Positions 1 to 12,570 of a DNA stretch of 64,000 bases are shown here, one piece after another. The stretch lies in NCBI GenBank assembly GCA_965112155.1, contig OZ218098.1; one strand, written 5' to 3'. Both the position numbers and the translations under genes were made by a program. Under the pieces are notes generated by a model. The model was not told where the DNA came from and did no database searches. It worked only from the letters and a program-made list of their open reading frames with translations. The DNA comes from Podarcis liolepis (Eukaryota). The number at the start of each line of letters is the position of its first letter. Position 1 is the stretch's first letter.

Positions 1-1859
1 ATTGATCGATTGAACAAGCTACTTTATGTAAATTGCAGCAAATAGCTGTGTCCTGATTGGCTAGGTGTTTCCAATCAAGGAAAGGCGGCTATTTAGAGGA
101 GTAGTGGGTCTGGTTGCCCTGCCTGAGGACTGTTTTTCTATAGGAAATGGCTTGCAGAAATAGGTGTTTTTATCACTCACTTGCCCCTTTCTGGAGAGTT
201 GGGGGGCAAGCGACAGCAGTGCAGATTCCAAGCAGAAAGATAGGCCATGGGTGATTTTAGTGTGCAAGTGAAGGGGGGGGGGTAAAGCACTGTGATTAAG
301 CGGGGGGGGGGGAGAGACTGGGGGTGTTATGGGGAAGTGGCTGCATTTGGTGGGTCGCTGCGCTTCTTTTGCCCTTCTGGACCAGCAACCCCTGCTTTGT
401 ACAGAATAGCATCAGGGTGATTGCACCCATACAGTTTAAAGCCCCTGTTTGGTGCTGATGAGTGCCTTGTTCCTTAAGAATGGGTGTCTGTTTTTAACAA
501 TACAAAACAGCACAGCTCCATACAGTAGCAAACAGAAGAAATAACATGCATTCTGTCTGTGTGGGTTTCATTTTTCCCTTTGTATACAGACCATAGTACT
601 AATCCAGTTGGTGATTCAGACCTTTAAAAAAATATAATCTCTCCGCTTTCACAAGTCTCCTATTGAATAATATATCTTGCTGGTGAATGGAGATTATTTT
701 TGCAATAAGGCAATTTCACTGGATGTGGTTATCATGGGATAATCACACCCCTGGGGTACAGCCTTGTCTGTAATCTCCCAGGAGTGTAATTATTTCATGA
801 CAACTGCACCCCCCCTGGTGTTGCATTTATTTCCATTATGAAATCTTAGTTTGATATATAAAGTAACTTACTTTGATCACTGGAAAGCTACATGGTAGTG
901 TGAGAATATTCCAGCTGCGAGGTTTACCGAGACCAGCTATAAGCTTTACTACAGCCTTTACAAAGTTAAATTAGGCAATCAAAATGCTTCTTTAGGCTAA
1001 GCTGGTTTTAGATTAAAAAAAAAAAAAATATTTTCCCCCACTGATTGTAACTTTCCAGGTTCATAATCAATATAAGGTAGTAATTAAATGCAAAACTCTA
1101 TCAGTTGAGGTGAACTGGCACTGTGTATTTTCCTGAAGGTGTGGTCAGTTGCATCCAAAAGATCCCTAATGTTAATCTAGCTTTTTTGTCTTCTAGTTAA
1201 CTACCAGCAAATGCTAATCATTTATACCATTGATGAACTATGACAAAACTGCTGGAGGGGCACAATTACTTCTGCTTCTTCTGAGGGCCAGATTGAACAT
1301 TGCAAGAAACATGTAGCTACCACTAAATATGGCTGCTGGGAAACTCGTTCCCTCTCTTCCTTCTGTTACAGTAGAACTTGCTTGGCTGGGGAGGGCGGGG
1401 TATAAATAAAAAATTATTATTATTATTATTATAATTAAAACAAAACAATGTTCCACATTGTGCTCTTCCACCATGCCCATTGCCAATGGGTTCTACTGAC
1501 ACAAAACAAGAGCAGAGAGCTGCAGAACTTGGTGATATCATGGGATCAGCTTAGTTTTATCATGGGATTTAGTTTTATATTTTGTATCTTACTCTCTGTA
1601 CAACAGGTAGTAACAGAACATGGCTGCCATTGACAATTGCTGCTATCTTAAAATTTACTGTCTGGCCCTCAGTCAGGGTTTGTTTAAGATTTACACCTTT
1701 TAAATATCATGTCTTCTTTACAGATGGAATATAAATCCTTTTAATTACAGTGCGACTTGCTGCCAGGTAGATAGGTTTAGAAATGTGATCTAGAGCAACT
1801 TCAAAATGCAGCCAGGGCATTAAAATTTAGGGTAGGTTTTTTCAATCAATCCATATGTA

Positions 1860-2328
1860 CCGTATTTTTCGGCCCATAGGGCGCACCTAGTATTTGGGGG
1901 GGGAAATAAAGAGAAAAAAAATTCTTCCCCCCCCAGGCGCGGGGCTGGGGCGGGGGAAGCCCGAGCTTCCCACAACCCCAGAACAGGCTGCTATCTGCAA
2001 GCCTAGGGAGCCCGGCAGGAAGTCGCGCCGGGCTCCCCCGGCTTGTGGAGAGCCGCGCGAAACCTGGGGCGTGCTGTTCAGCTCGCCCTAGGCTTCGGGA
2101 TGCAGGCAGCAATCCACAAGCCGGGGGAGATCGGCGCGACTTCCTGCCGGCCTCCCCTGGCTTGCGGAGAGCCGCACGAAGCCTGGAGAGGGAGAGGGGT
2201 CGGTGCGCACCGACCCCTCTCCCTCTCCAGGCTTCAGCGAAAGCCTGCATTCGCCCCATAGGACGCACACACATTTCCCCTTCATTTTTGGAGGGGGGGG
2301 AGTGCATCCTATAGGGCGAAAAATACGG
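1860..2328. mobile_element. Non-autonomous Tc1/mariner (Tc2-like) DNA transposon
   Basis: TIRs CCGTATTTTTCG...CGAAAAATACGG flanked by TA, with GC-rich internal duplications. Confidence 0.8.
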
Positions 2329-2390
2329 TATGTGTCTGGTGCTATCGTGGATGCAAAGCAAAATATTGACTCCAAAACAAAAACAAAATA

Positions 2391-2643
2391 CAGTGATACC
2401 TTGGTTTACAAACTTAACCCGTTCCGGAAATCCGTTCATCAACCAAAACATTCTTAAACCAAGCCGTGCTTTCCCATAGCAGCGGGGGGACTCAATTTTC
2501 AAATGGAACACACTCAACAGGAAGCGAAACATGTTCTTATTCCAAGGCAAAGTTCACAAACCAAAACATCTAATTCTGAGTTTGCAGTGTTCTTAATCCA
2601 AATTGTTCATAAACTAAGCTGTTCTTAAACCAAGGTATCACTG
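2391..2643. mobile_element. Tigger/pogo-like MITE
   Basis: TIR CAGTGATACCTTGGTTTA / TAAACCAAGGTATCACTG with TA TSD. Confidence 0.8.
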
Positions 2644-2801
2644 TATAATAAACAATACAGGTATCGGGAAATGTTTTAAAAACGAAGCCAACAAGAATTA
2701 GAAGCTGCAGAAATAGAATGGTTATTTGTCAGCATTGATCGTAAACTGAGGTGTGCAAAGAAAGTTTGCACACACTTGCTTGAAGAATGGCCCTATGAAT
2801 A

Positions 2802-3043
2802 CAGTGGTACCTCAGGTTAAGTACTTAATTCGTTCCAGAGGTCCGTTCTTAACCTGAAACTGTTCTTAACCTGAAGCACCACTTTAGCTAATGGGGCCTC
2901 CTGCTGCCGCTGCGCCGCCGGAGCACAATTTCTGTTCTCATCCTGAAGCAAAGTTCTTAATCCGAGGTACTATTTCTGGGTTAGTGGAGTGTGTAACCTG
3001 AAGCGTATGTAACCTGAAGTGTATGTAACCTGAGGTACCACTG
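2802..3043. mobile_element. Tigger/pogo-like MITE (CAGTGGTACCTC family)
   Basis: TIR CAGTGGTACCTCAGGTTA with TA TSD. At least 8 copies in the window. Confidence 0.85.
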
Positions 3044-3578
3044 TACATGTTAAACCTGTGTTTCCTATAGCTAACCATCTGTACTTAATGTTCAGCGGGC
3101 ACATGCTTTATTGCAGCAAGGCAGGGAAACCAATTCCTATTTTAAATATTCTAAATTTGACAGAATTCGTGGCATACCAAAAACTGACATCGGTTGCCCC
3201 CTGATGCGTTTCAACACACCATGACAAAATCACTCCTAGCAAAGAGGAAAAAATGGAATTGTTCACTGTACTGTTGTTCAGTGTGCCCTCTCAGCAGAGT
3301 CCAGACTAAAATTTTATACTTGTTTGGTTCACTTTGTTCACACATTATAGCTTAAATTAGAAAAGTTAGAGAAAGATGGCATTGACCATTTTGATGATGA
3401 CATAATAAGCATAAGCAACCAGTATAAAGGGCTTCCACATGAAGATACAACCTAGAGACATTTCAAAAAATCATAATGAGGTTTTGCCACCTTACATGAG
3501 CTTGAAGGAGAGAGAGTGTGTTTTTAAATACTGTAAAGGTTTCTGATTTACTTGTCATTTTCAGAATGTGTCCAAGCC

Positions 3579-3596
3579 AGCCACTAGAGGGCAGCA
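3579..3596 (+). promoter_or_regulatory. CTCF motif
   Basis: AGCCACTAGAGGGCAGCA fits the CCASYAGRKGGCRS core. Confidence 0.65.
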
Positions 3597-6500
3597 TGTT
3601 CACTTTTAGTCACCGATAGCAACCTTGCATTTTCCTAATAGCAACTGAGTCTTGTGCAAAAATTGTCTCCTTCCGAGGCTTGGCTTTAAAGCTAACCACC
3701 TCAAGATGGAACTCTGCATGCAGGACTCAATGAAATCTCCTTGTCTCTCTCTCTATTCTTGACCTTCCCACTCTATATCACCATTTGTTGTCCTTGCTGA
3801 AATGCTTGTAACTACGTTTGTGTTGTCTGGCTGTACATATATTCCCCCAAAGCATCTTTACAGGTTTCCCTTGTCAGCGGGAAACCGTTTGACAAAGGAG
3901 GAGCAGGACTGGGCTTGGAGAATGAGGCCCTTCACTAACATGTCATTATAGCAGGTTGGGGAACCCTCAGTCTGCAGGCCAAATTTCAGCAAAGCCATAT
4001 CCACCTGCCTTACACGTGATGACATATATGACATCAGGTGTGGGGCAGGTAAGGACAGGGCTTTGAAATGGGCTTTGTGGACTCTGTCAAAACCCCTTTG
4101 ACAGCACTTCCCAAAAGCCCAGCAATCAACTGGTTTCAAGCATTCGGTGAAAGCTGCACAAAGTGCTTTGCAAGTCCCAAGTACAAAGTGCTGCATTTTG
4201 ACAGGTTTCAATCACCTGACATCAAATGACTAACTAGTGAGTAGTCCCACCCTCCTGTCAGAGGTGGCCTGTGGGGATGGGGTGGGTGTGTGATAAAGAT
4301 CTGGCCTACTGGGCCAAGAGAGTTTCCCACCCCTGCATTATGACAACAGCCTAAATTACACTTGCTGTTACTTCATTATCTCCCCCTTATGAGAACAGCT
4401 ACCAGAACAAGGGACAGATCTGGAGAACCAGACTTGCCCCTCCCTCATTCTGTCCTATGCTTTGGTCATGCTTATTGTTCCTTTTTTCTACCTCTTGAAA
4501 TCCAAATCTAAACTTAAGAAGCTAAGAAGTACAGAAATCGCCTTCAGTTGTGAATCAGCATGCACTTTTTGATTTGCTTAAGCTGCAATGCCACACACTG
4601 CTACCCTGTTCAGATTTCAGTAAAGGGGACAGAGTGCATTAAGCAAGATTCAAAGGCCTGTTCTTTGATATAATTAAGAGTTGCATTATTTAAAAGAAAA
4701 GTAGTATATCTAAGAGCATTTGATGTGGTTACTTTTATACCACCTTACGAGAAAGGAATGATCTTGAGGAATAATAACATGGTTTGAAACACCAATGGGG
4801 GAGGCAACTGCCAACCTGTGTGTTTCCCAACTAATGCCCTGCGTTTATTTCAACCACAACTCAAGCAACACAATCCTATGCATTTCTGCTTGGACGCAAG
4901 TTCAGTGAGACTTACTCCCAGGTAAGCATGTATAGGATTGCAGCCTATGTGTGTATGTATACATATTAGTAGCATCTTGAAGAGCACCTCTACGTATCTG
5001 CCAAAGGATCACCCTTTATAGCAATACTGAACACTCATTTTGTACCCTCATTTTGCAAATTACTCTTTTCTTTGACATCAGCTGAATCTGTATTCTTATA
5101 ATGCCTTTTTTATACATTTCACTGAAGATTTAGAGCCTATTGAAACACTGCTTTCATTTTATCTTGGACAGGGGGAGGAGAGATGTTTATATCATTCACA
5201 CACGACATTGGCCTAGCAGTTAAACTCTGTATAAGTGTTCCACTTTAAACGGCATTCTTAACAACCACTAGGATTCTCAGATATCGTGCTGTTTGGCGAT
5301 GAACTAGAAAAATAAATAAATAAAACACAGAACATAAGGCTAGATTACAGGGCCAAGCTTTACAGAGCAGTTAAGGTTGGTGTTTAGTGTGCTGAATTAG
5401 AAACTGTAACTGCTTCAGCCTCAAACCCACCCTACTGAGGAAATCACATACCAACAACAGCAACTTCTGAAGAGAGGGCCTGTGGTGGCAAATCAATAAC
5501 CTCAAGGAAGGTGACTCGGGATGTTAAAAATCCAAAGTTCATCTTCTTTTGCGCCTTGCTCGCGGACAACTTTTATCCTTATATGATCCTATATGCACAC
5601 CCGACCTCTAAGGCAGGCAAATCGTAAGCGCACTGATTTGGAAATAACTTCAGCTGACATTTAGCAAGAGACAGTATTAGCAGCACAAGAGTACTTTATG
5701 TGTTGAGTCTTAAAAATATCTCAGCTCTCTGAATGAAACCTCCAAAATCGATCTTCGATATATTATCCCTACAACTTCTGGCACCCCAACTTTCATTGGG
5801 CTGCGAGCATGCCCTTGTGAGAGACAAACATGTACCTGAGCATGCAGAGGTGTTGTGCTGTAAAAGCAGGTTGTGGGCACATTCACACAATTTCTGAGAG
5901 CTGCTTTAAACAAAAAGTTTGGCTAATAAATGAATGACAGCAGATAGAAACAGCAAAAGGTGAGAATGAAGCAGGTAGCTCTGCCTAAGTTGTTGTTACT
6001 GACAACAAGAACACTATCAGTTGGTAAGTAATAACTAGCTAATTCATAGTAATGCTAAGAGGCTTCCAGTACCAAATGCAGCAAACCACCTCTTTTTCCC
6101 ATAATGAATGTGCCATCCTGCTGATGAGACAGAATATCATTTGGAAGTACAAATTTAAAAAATACTTATGGCTAGTGTAACATACTGGCGTTTTGCCAGG
6201 TTGGAAGAAAAAAAAAACAGAATAAGAACAATTTTAACATGCAATTCCACCTGAAGAGCAAAAAGGTAGTTATAGTCCAATCCTATACATGCCAAGTATG
6301 CTGTGGTTAAGGTTAAATGTGGTTCATGTTGGTACAGATATAATAATAAGGCAGGTTCCTGGGCTGGGCAAACATAGCAGAGAGGGGAAGAGAGCAATCC
6401 GATTTTTGAGCCACTAATCACAGTGAGGAGAAAGGAATCATTACATTTGTATCTACCCATAGCAAAAACTCCTTGAGGTTTTTCTACAATCAGGCAGTAT

Positions 6501-7879
6501 ATAAATTTTATGAGTGAAAATTAAATATTTAAGACATCTAATTCTTGTGATTCTGTAGACCTTCCACAAATCATGGGCCGTGTGACTTGCATACTCTCAT
6601 TTGAGATTAATATTGTAAGCATTTTAAACAACATTTAATTTTCTGAAAACTATTTTTTCTAACATCTTTAAAGTATCCCTCTTAAAAGTATGTGTTCGTA
6701 TTTATTCTTGGTGTCAGAAAACATTTGCATCTTAAAGTTGGCATGGCTTTCAAAGCTTGCTTTTTTATTTTATTTTTGTACTTTTATCAAAAGCTTACAG
6801 GCAGACAATACCTAAAATATATTGTTTTCAACATGACAAAGTTACATAAGAAGAGAATCCCCTTGCACTTAAAGAAAAATGCAATTATTTTCCATCTGAA
6901 TCTCCAGACTGCTGTTTTAGAAAATCATATCTGATTATTTGCTCAGCAGAAGATTATTGAGTTGATTTAGCTGTGATTTTACTTAACAAAGCTTCAACCG
7001 AATTCCCACTGTGGAGTCCAAAAAAGGTAGAGAGATATAAATGATACATTCAAACTGTGATTTTGGTGANNNNNNNNNNNNNNNNNNNNNNNNNNNNNNN
7101 NNNNNNNNNNNNNNNNNNNNNNNNNNNNNNNNNNNNNNNNNNNNNNNNNNNNNNNNNNNNNNNNNNNNNNNNNNNNNNNNNNNNNNNNNNNNNNNNNNNN
7201 NNNNNNNNNNNNNNNNNNNNNNNNNNNNNNNNNNNNNNNNNNNNNNNNNNNNNNNNNTTTATAATATGCATATCCATGGGAAAGCTGAATAGATAGAGCA
7301 AGGGATGTGTGTCCTGAAACTTACTGTGTTTTCCACTTCTTCTTCTTTTTGTTATCCAGAGTGACAGGTGTAAAATAATTTTTCCAACCCATAGTTTAAT
7401 AAATGAAATGCCTCCTGTGGGTTAGTAGTGATTTAATACCTGCCAGAGGAAATAGTTTTAGCTTCTGCTACCTTTGCCTTATCCTAAGAGGCTGCCTTAG
7501 CCAGAGCAACCAGTGGGTGAAGCCAGAGGGGAAATAATGAAAATGTCCTTCAGGCAATGCCATGTTTGGAAGGTGCAATCCAGAACACTTCCCTTGGGTG
7601 CTCCAGGAAGAGGATACAGGCAAGTTTGGAAAACACATAGCAAGTCAAGGCATACCGGGGTTGGGAGATGACAAAGGGTCTGCCGCTGTGGTCTTTCCAC
7701 TGGCTCTCCCCTGTTCATTGGTGGCATCCAAAGGAGACAATTGGAGCCGTGTAGGCTTGCATTTACTGGTGAGAAAGCTTTTAAAAGCTGCTTCTTGGAG
7801 GGCAGCCCTTCTCCCTCCTCAGGGAAAAGCCCCCAAGAGGCTCTATGTGGCTCTTTAAAGGGAGCGCTGAGCAGAGCCT

Positions 7880-7969
7880 CCCGCCTACATTCGCTCCATA
7901 AGACGCACACACATTTCCCCTTACTTTTTAGGAGGGGGAAAGTGCGTCTTATAGAGCAAAAAAATACGG
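7880..7969. mobile_element. Tc2-like element terminal fragment
   Basis: Matches the end of the 1860-2328 element (catttcccc...aaaaatacggta). Confidence 0.65.
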
Positions 7970-8049
7970 TAATCTCTTCTCAGACTCTTGGACAAGTTAC
8001 GCATGAAGATTGCAGATCTGTGTGTTTAAAACACAGAGTTGCCCTAGTC

Positions 8050-8186
8050 CAGGCTTCCTCAAGCTCGGCCCTCCAGATGTTTTTTGGCTTACAACTCCCA
8101 TGATCCCTAGCTAGCAGGACCAGTGGTCAGGGATGATGGGAATTGTAGTCTCAGAACATCTGGAGGACTGAGTTTGAGGAAGCCTG
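8050..8186. mobile_element. hAT-type palindromic MITE
   Basis: TIR CAGGCTTCCTCAA / TTGAGGAAGCCTG with 8-bp TSD ccctagtc/cgctagtc. Confidence 0.8.
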
Positions 8187-8938
8187 CGCTAGTCACGTAT
8201 AAAAAATGGAGAGCGGTTCTGATTTTAAATGTTAAAAAAAGCACACAGGTGAAAGGACGTGACCCCTGTGGCTTTTCTCCCTGTAGTTCCTCTTCAGACA
8301 CTTTCCCCCCAATTGGGACTCCAGTATTAGATGTGTGCCTGGCTGAGATAAAAGTGCTGCATGGAGATAAGCCTCAGGAGGGATGAGGATTCTGCTCCTC
8401 TCACTCACACGCAACCTTTGTTTTTAAAATTGGACATCTCCACCCTCTCCTTTCTACATGCAAGTCCTGCATTTAAAGACATGGACCAACTGCTGTCACA
8501 TCTAACTTGGCCCTCAGTGTGGGGTGTGCATTTTATGTCTAATTTGAGTTGTACTTCATAAAAATTGAGCTCCGACCAGTGTGCAAGAAATGAGAAACCA
8601 AAGCACATAAAAGGATCTTAAATGTTAAAATGGAAACATATCGTTTGAAAAGGGGAAAGCCTAAAATTGGCAAGTAAACTATTCAACCAGTCAATACCTC
8701 CATAAAGAGTATGGTCTTCCTCGGTTCAGAATTATTGGGACTTTGTGAATATTTATTCCCATACTGTCTCCTTTTTAGCATGACTTTACAAAGCTACTTC
8801 ATTTAAGTAAATTTTAAAAACCTCTATCCAAATACGTAGGTCGCTTTGTTGTGGCATTCTTAACTCATTTTCTTCTCAAAAAAGCCATATGTTTACTCAG
8901 TCAACTATAAAATAACATGTTGTTGTCCTAATATAATA

Positions 8939-9188
8939 GAGTCGTATGTTGGAAGTCAAACGGAATCTGTTCCAGAAGTCCGTTTGACTTCTGAAATGTT
9001 CAGAAACCAAGGTGCAGCTTCCAGTTGGCTGCAAGAAGCTCCTGCAGCTAATCGGAAGCTGCGGAACCCGGGTCGGACGTTCAGGTTCCAAAGAACGTTT
9101 GCAAACCAGAACACTCACTTCTGGGTTTGTGGCATTCGGGAGCCAAAATGTTCGACTTGCAAGGCATTTGGGAGCCCAGATACAACTG
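8939..9188. mobile_element. Older Tigger-like MITE
   Basis: Degenerate TIR (gagtcgta...tacaactg), TA flanks and an internal layout like the other Tigger MITEs. Confidence 0.55.
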
Positions 9189-9292
9189 TATAATAATATT
9201 CATATTGTTTGTCATGGTCATTAAGGTATAAGATAAGTGCTGCCATTTCTGTTTGTATTCCATAGCAACCTATTCCCATTTTCATTGTATAG

Positions 9293-9378
9293 GAATTTGT
9301 TGCAAGTGAAGGGGAAGATGATCCAGAAGTGGAATTTTTGAAATCCTTGACAACTAAGCAAAAACAGAAACTTCTGAG
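9293..9378 (+). CDS. CIR1: CIR1 (corepressor interacting with RBPJ 1), penultimate coding exon
   Basis: Bounded by ttgtatAG and GTaact. Translates [28 protein letters not shown](R), matching the recalled human CIR1 [29 protein letters not shown]. 86 nt, ends in phase 2. Confidence 0.93.
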
Positions 9379-9472
9379 GTAACTATAATGCTAACAGATA
9401 TAGTAGTACTTCCTTAAAAGTTACCAACAAAACACCCCAAAGTTTTTTTATTTATTTACACACACACACACA

Positions 9473-9703
9473 CAGTGGTACCTCGGGTTAAGTACTTAAT
9501 TCGTTCCGGAGGTCCGTTCTTAACCTGAAACTGTTCTTAACCTGAAGCACCACTTTAGCTAATGGGGCCTCCTGCTGCCACTGCACAATTTCTGTTCTCA
9601 TCCTGAAGCAAAGTTCTTAACCCGAGATACTATTTCTGGGTTAGCAGAGTCAGTAACCTGAAGCGTATGTAACCTGAAGTGTATGTAACCCGAGGTACCA
9701 CAG
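9473..9703. mobile_element. Tigger/pogo-like MITE (CAGTGGTACCTC family) in the CIR1 last intron
   Basis: Near-identical to 2802-3043. Confidence 0.85.
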
Positions 9704-11120
9704 TATACTATTGGGGGTGGGTGAATCCTAAGCGATATTGGTGATAATGTACTGCACCTTTAATAAATTTTGCTCCAATATTAAATGCACCACTTTTGGA
9801 GCACTTCCCATGTTTTCAGTAGAACCTCTCAAGGTTGGGGAGTTAAAGCTGAAATTCTGAAATACCTTTCCCTCTATTTACTTTGTCTATAGTGTGCTCT
9901 TAGGCCTATATATGGAGGAGACGTTTCAGCTAGTTCTTTCTAAGTCTGAATGCTGTCTTTTTATATATTTCATCAAGGGCAGACAGAAGGACTCTCTCAA
10001 TAACATGAAATGAACGAATTATATATGGCAACAACCTTCTACAGTTGTAAATATGTTCAGTTGAAAAATATATACAATATGGGGGTAAATGATACTTGTT
10101 CTTACTGGATGAAATGTTAACCGAACTCCTTAATCCAGAATAATTAATGAAATTAGCCACAACAATTTTGGGAAACTAGGACTTACACATAACTGAGCCT
10201 CTTAAAACAGCAGAATGCCATTAATTATTATGATTATGATTATTATTAACAACTTTACTTCTTCCAACAGTGTTGCATTTCATTGTGGATGGAGTCTTTT
10301 AAAAATAATAATTGTTTATTACTATTGCTAGCTGCCCTGGGCGACTAGTGTCTAAAGTCAAGACTATAAATTTAAATAAAACACACTCATCTGCATGCAC
10401 GGCATCTTGGAGGGGGCACATGTAGCACCTTCAGACAATAAGCAGCTATGCTTGGTAGGGAGGAAGGGATTCTAAATCCAACTCAGCCAAGCTGCCTCTT
10501 CCAAACAGTGTGTTTGCACCGTCACTGATCATCAGGCGAGGCTATGCACATGCAACCATTGCTACTGGATGGGCTGAGAATTAGGCATGCACATACAATT
10601 CCCCATCCACGCAAGCAGGATCCTGTTCCTGCGTGGCCCCTTGCTGGTTTCAGGCTTAGAGGGGAAGAAGCATGTGTCCCAGGCAGTGTGTTAGGGGGAC
10701 AAAAAGCATCCTACCATATCTGTTTTTTCCATACCTGGCACTTTTGACAGGACTGGAGCCATGATACTGTGCCTCTCAAACTTTTTATAAAAAATAATAT
10801 TACTCACAGGTAAATAAGGTATCTAGATCCTAGAACACTGAAAGAAATGTTTTATTTAAAAATATTTAGAACATGTCTATTTAAAAAAAAAAAAAAACCA
10901 AAGCAAAACTACCTTTATGGCCCAGGTGCAAATTGCTCCCTTTGCCTCTTACATTTCATCAGCAGGTGGCAAGTTTGGGAGTAGAGTGTGTTCTTATTTT
11001 TTAAATAGTAAACTCGTCACAGTCTGATATTGCGTAAGGTCTGGCCTCTAAAATATAACATTATTCCCCTGCCATACTTCCCTGCTTAATTGCTCTACTC
11101 TTCCATGCTCAAAATAAAAG

Positions 11121-11793
11121 GAAACTGGATCGCCTGGAGAAAAAGAAGAAGAAGAAGAGAGATAGAAAGAAGAAAAAGCAGCAGAAGAGAAAAAGCAAAA
11201 GTAAACACAGGAAACATAAGAGCAGGTCCTCTTCCCCATCCTCCAGTGACTCTTCAGAAAGCAACAGTGATAGTGAGACTGACAGCCGAGATAAAGCAGC
11301 ACAAAAGAAGATGGATTCTAAGGAAAGAAGAAAAGCCAAGTTTTCAGAGGCTAGCAGCAGTGATTCTGAAGAGAAGGCGAAGACTAAGGGAAAACTTTAT
11401 GAAGATCCCTCCAGCAGTCATGGTAACAAGGACAAAGATAGAGAGAAGTGTGGACTTTTAAAGCAAGATAGTTCTGGAGGGAACAACAAATGGAGCTCCT
11501 CTGAGAGCAGAAGAAAGCCCACAACAAGCAGAAATGATAACACAGACAAGAGAAGAGAATCTGAAAGGTACGGGAGCGGAAGCAGGAGCCAGAGCAAGGA
11601 GGAAAGGAGCGGGAGAGACGTTGACAGGAGGTACAGGACTTATAGCCCGAATGAGGAGCAGCGGCACAGGAAAAGTGAAGCGAAAAGCTGCAGCTCAGAC
11701 GTGCGCAGAGAGCAACACAGAGAGAGCTACAGAGACAAATACAGTAAAATGGAGCGCAGAGAGAGAAGCAGGAGCAGAGAGAGGCAAAAATAG
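11121..11793 (+). CDS. CIR1: CIR1 last coding exon (Lys/Ser/Arg-rich C-terminus)
   Basis: After AG at 11119-11120, G completes the AGG (Arg) codon split from the previous exon. Reads [19 protein letters not shown]...[12 protein letters not shown]..., in frame with ORF 11311..11793, stop TAG. Upstream CIR1 exons were not found, so 1-9292 is taken as intron. Confidence 0.9.
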
Positions 11794-11991
11794 ATAATGT
11801 GGGTGGCAGATGTACTGCTTGCATCTTTTTTTGAACTTCTTCAGTAAGGGCTCCTAATATACACCTCTCGTTCTTTCAGACTGACTGTTCTCAGTAAATT
11901 GTCTGTCTCTCTCACTTCAAATAACCCTTTGCATTTTGTATATATGTTGCAAACATGTACAGGCTTCAAAACGTGAAGGGATTATTAACAA

Positions 11992-12570
11992 AATAAATGT
12001 GTCTTCAGTTTGTGTAGGAAACCATGTGACTTTGCAATCCTCTGTAGAAGTGGGAGCTTCACTAATAAATAAAATTTATCCTTGCTTGGTGATAGATGTG
12101 AATACTCTTGTGAGGAACGGAGCAAGGGTTCCAGGTTATATTAAATGATTCCAATAGTATCTGGGTAAAATCACTTTTACGGACAACAAAATGCTTGATT
12201 ATATTTGAAGCAAGGCATTTCCCCACCCCCACCCCAAGTTCCCCCTAAGAGGTCAATTTCTTAAGTTAAAACAGCACAGCAACATAGTTCCACATAAGTG
12301 TGTAGCCAACATTTTTGACCTCCTGTGGAGTATAACTTGGTCAAGGCTATCTAAGCATCTTGAGCCCTAGTTGGTACATGTTACCGCAGCGTCGAGTTAT
12401 TTCTCAAGACATGGGAAGAATATTTACTGCCTTCACAGTTTGTAGATATCATGTGCTGTAGGAATGTTGTGTCAGCTCTAGTCTTAACCTTGTCAGACAG
12501 TAGATTTCTCTTTAGGGTTTGGGTTGTAGTTTTTTTAAAGAGATGTTCAGGGATGAACTACATTAAATAA
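11992..12570 (+). terminator. Candidate CIR1 polyadenylation signals in the 3' UTR
   Basis: AATAAA at about 11992 and 12065, and ATTAAATAAA at about 12562-12571, downstream of the stop codon. Which one is used is unknown. Confidence 0.45.

Noticed and set aside
1846-2550. 234-aa - strand ORF and overlapping ORFs
   Set aside because: It spans two non-autonomous DNA transposons and has no transposase motifs.
8586-8610. EMRN-encoding stretch resembling an upstream CIR1 exon
   Set aside because: Followed by QST-stop, and the flanks do not match CIR1. Coincidental.
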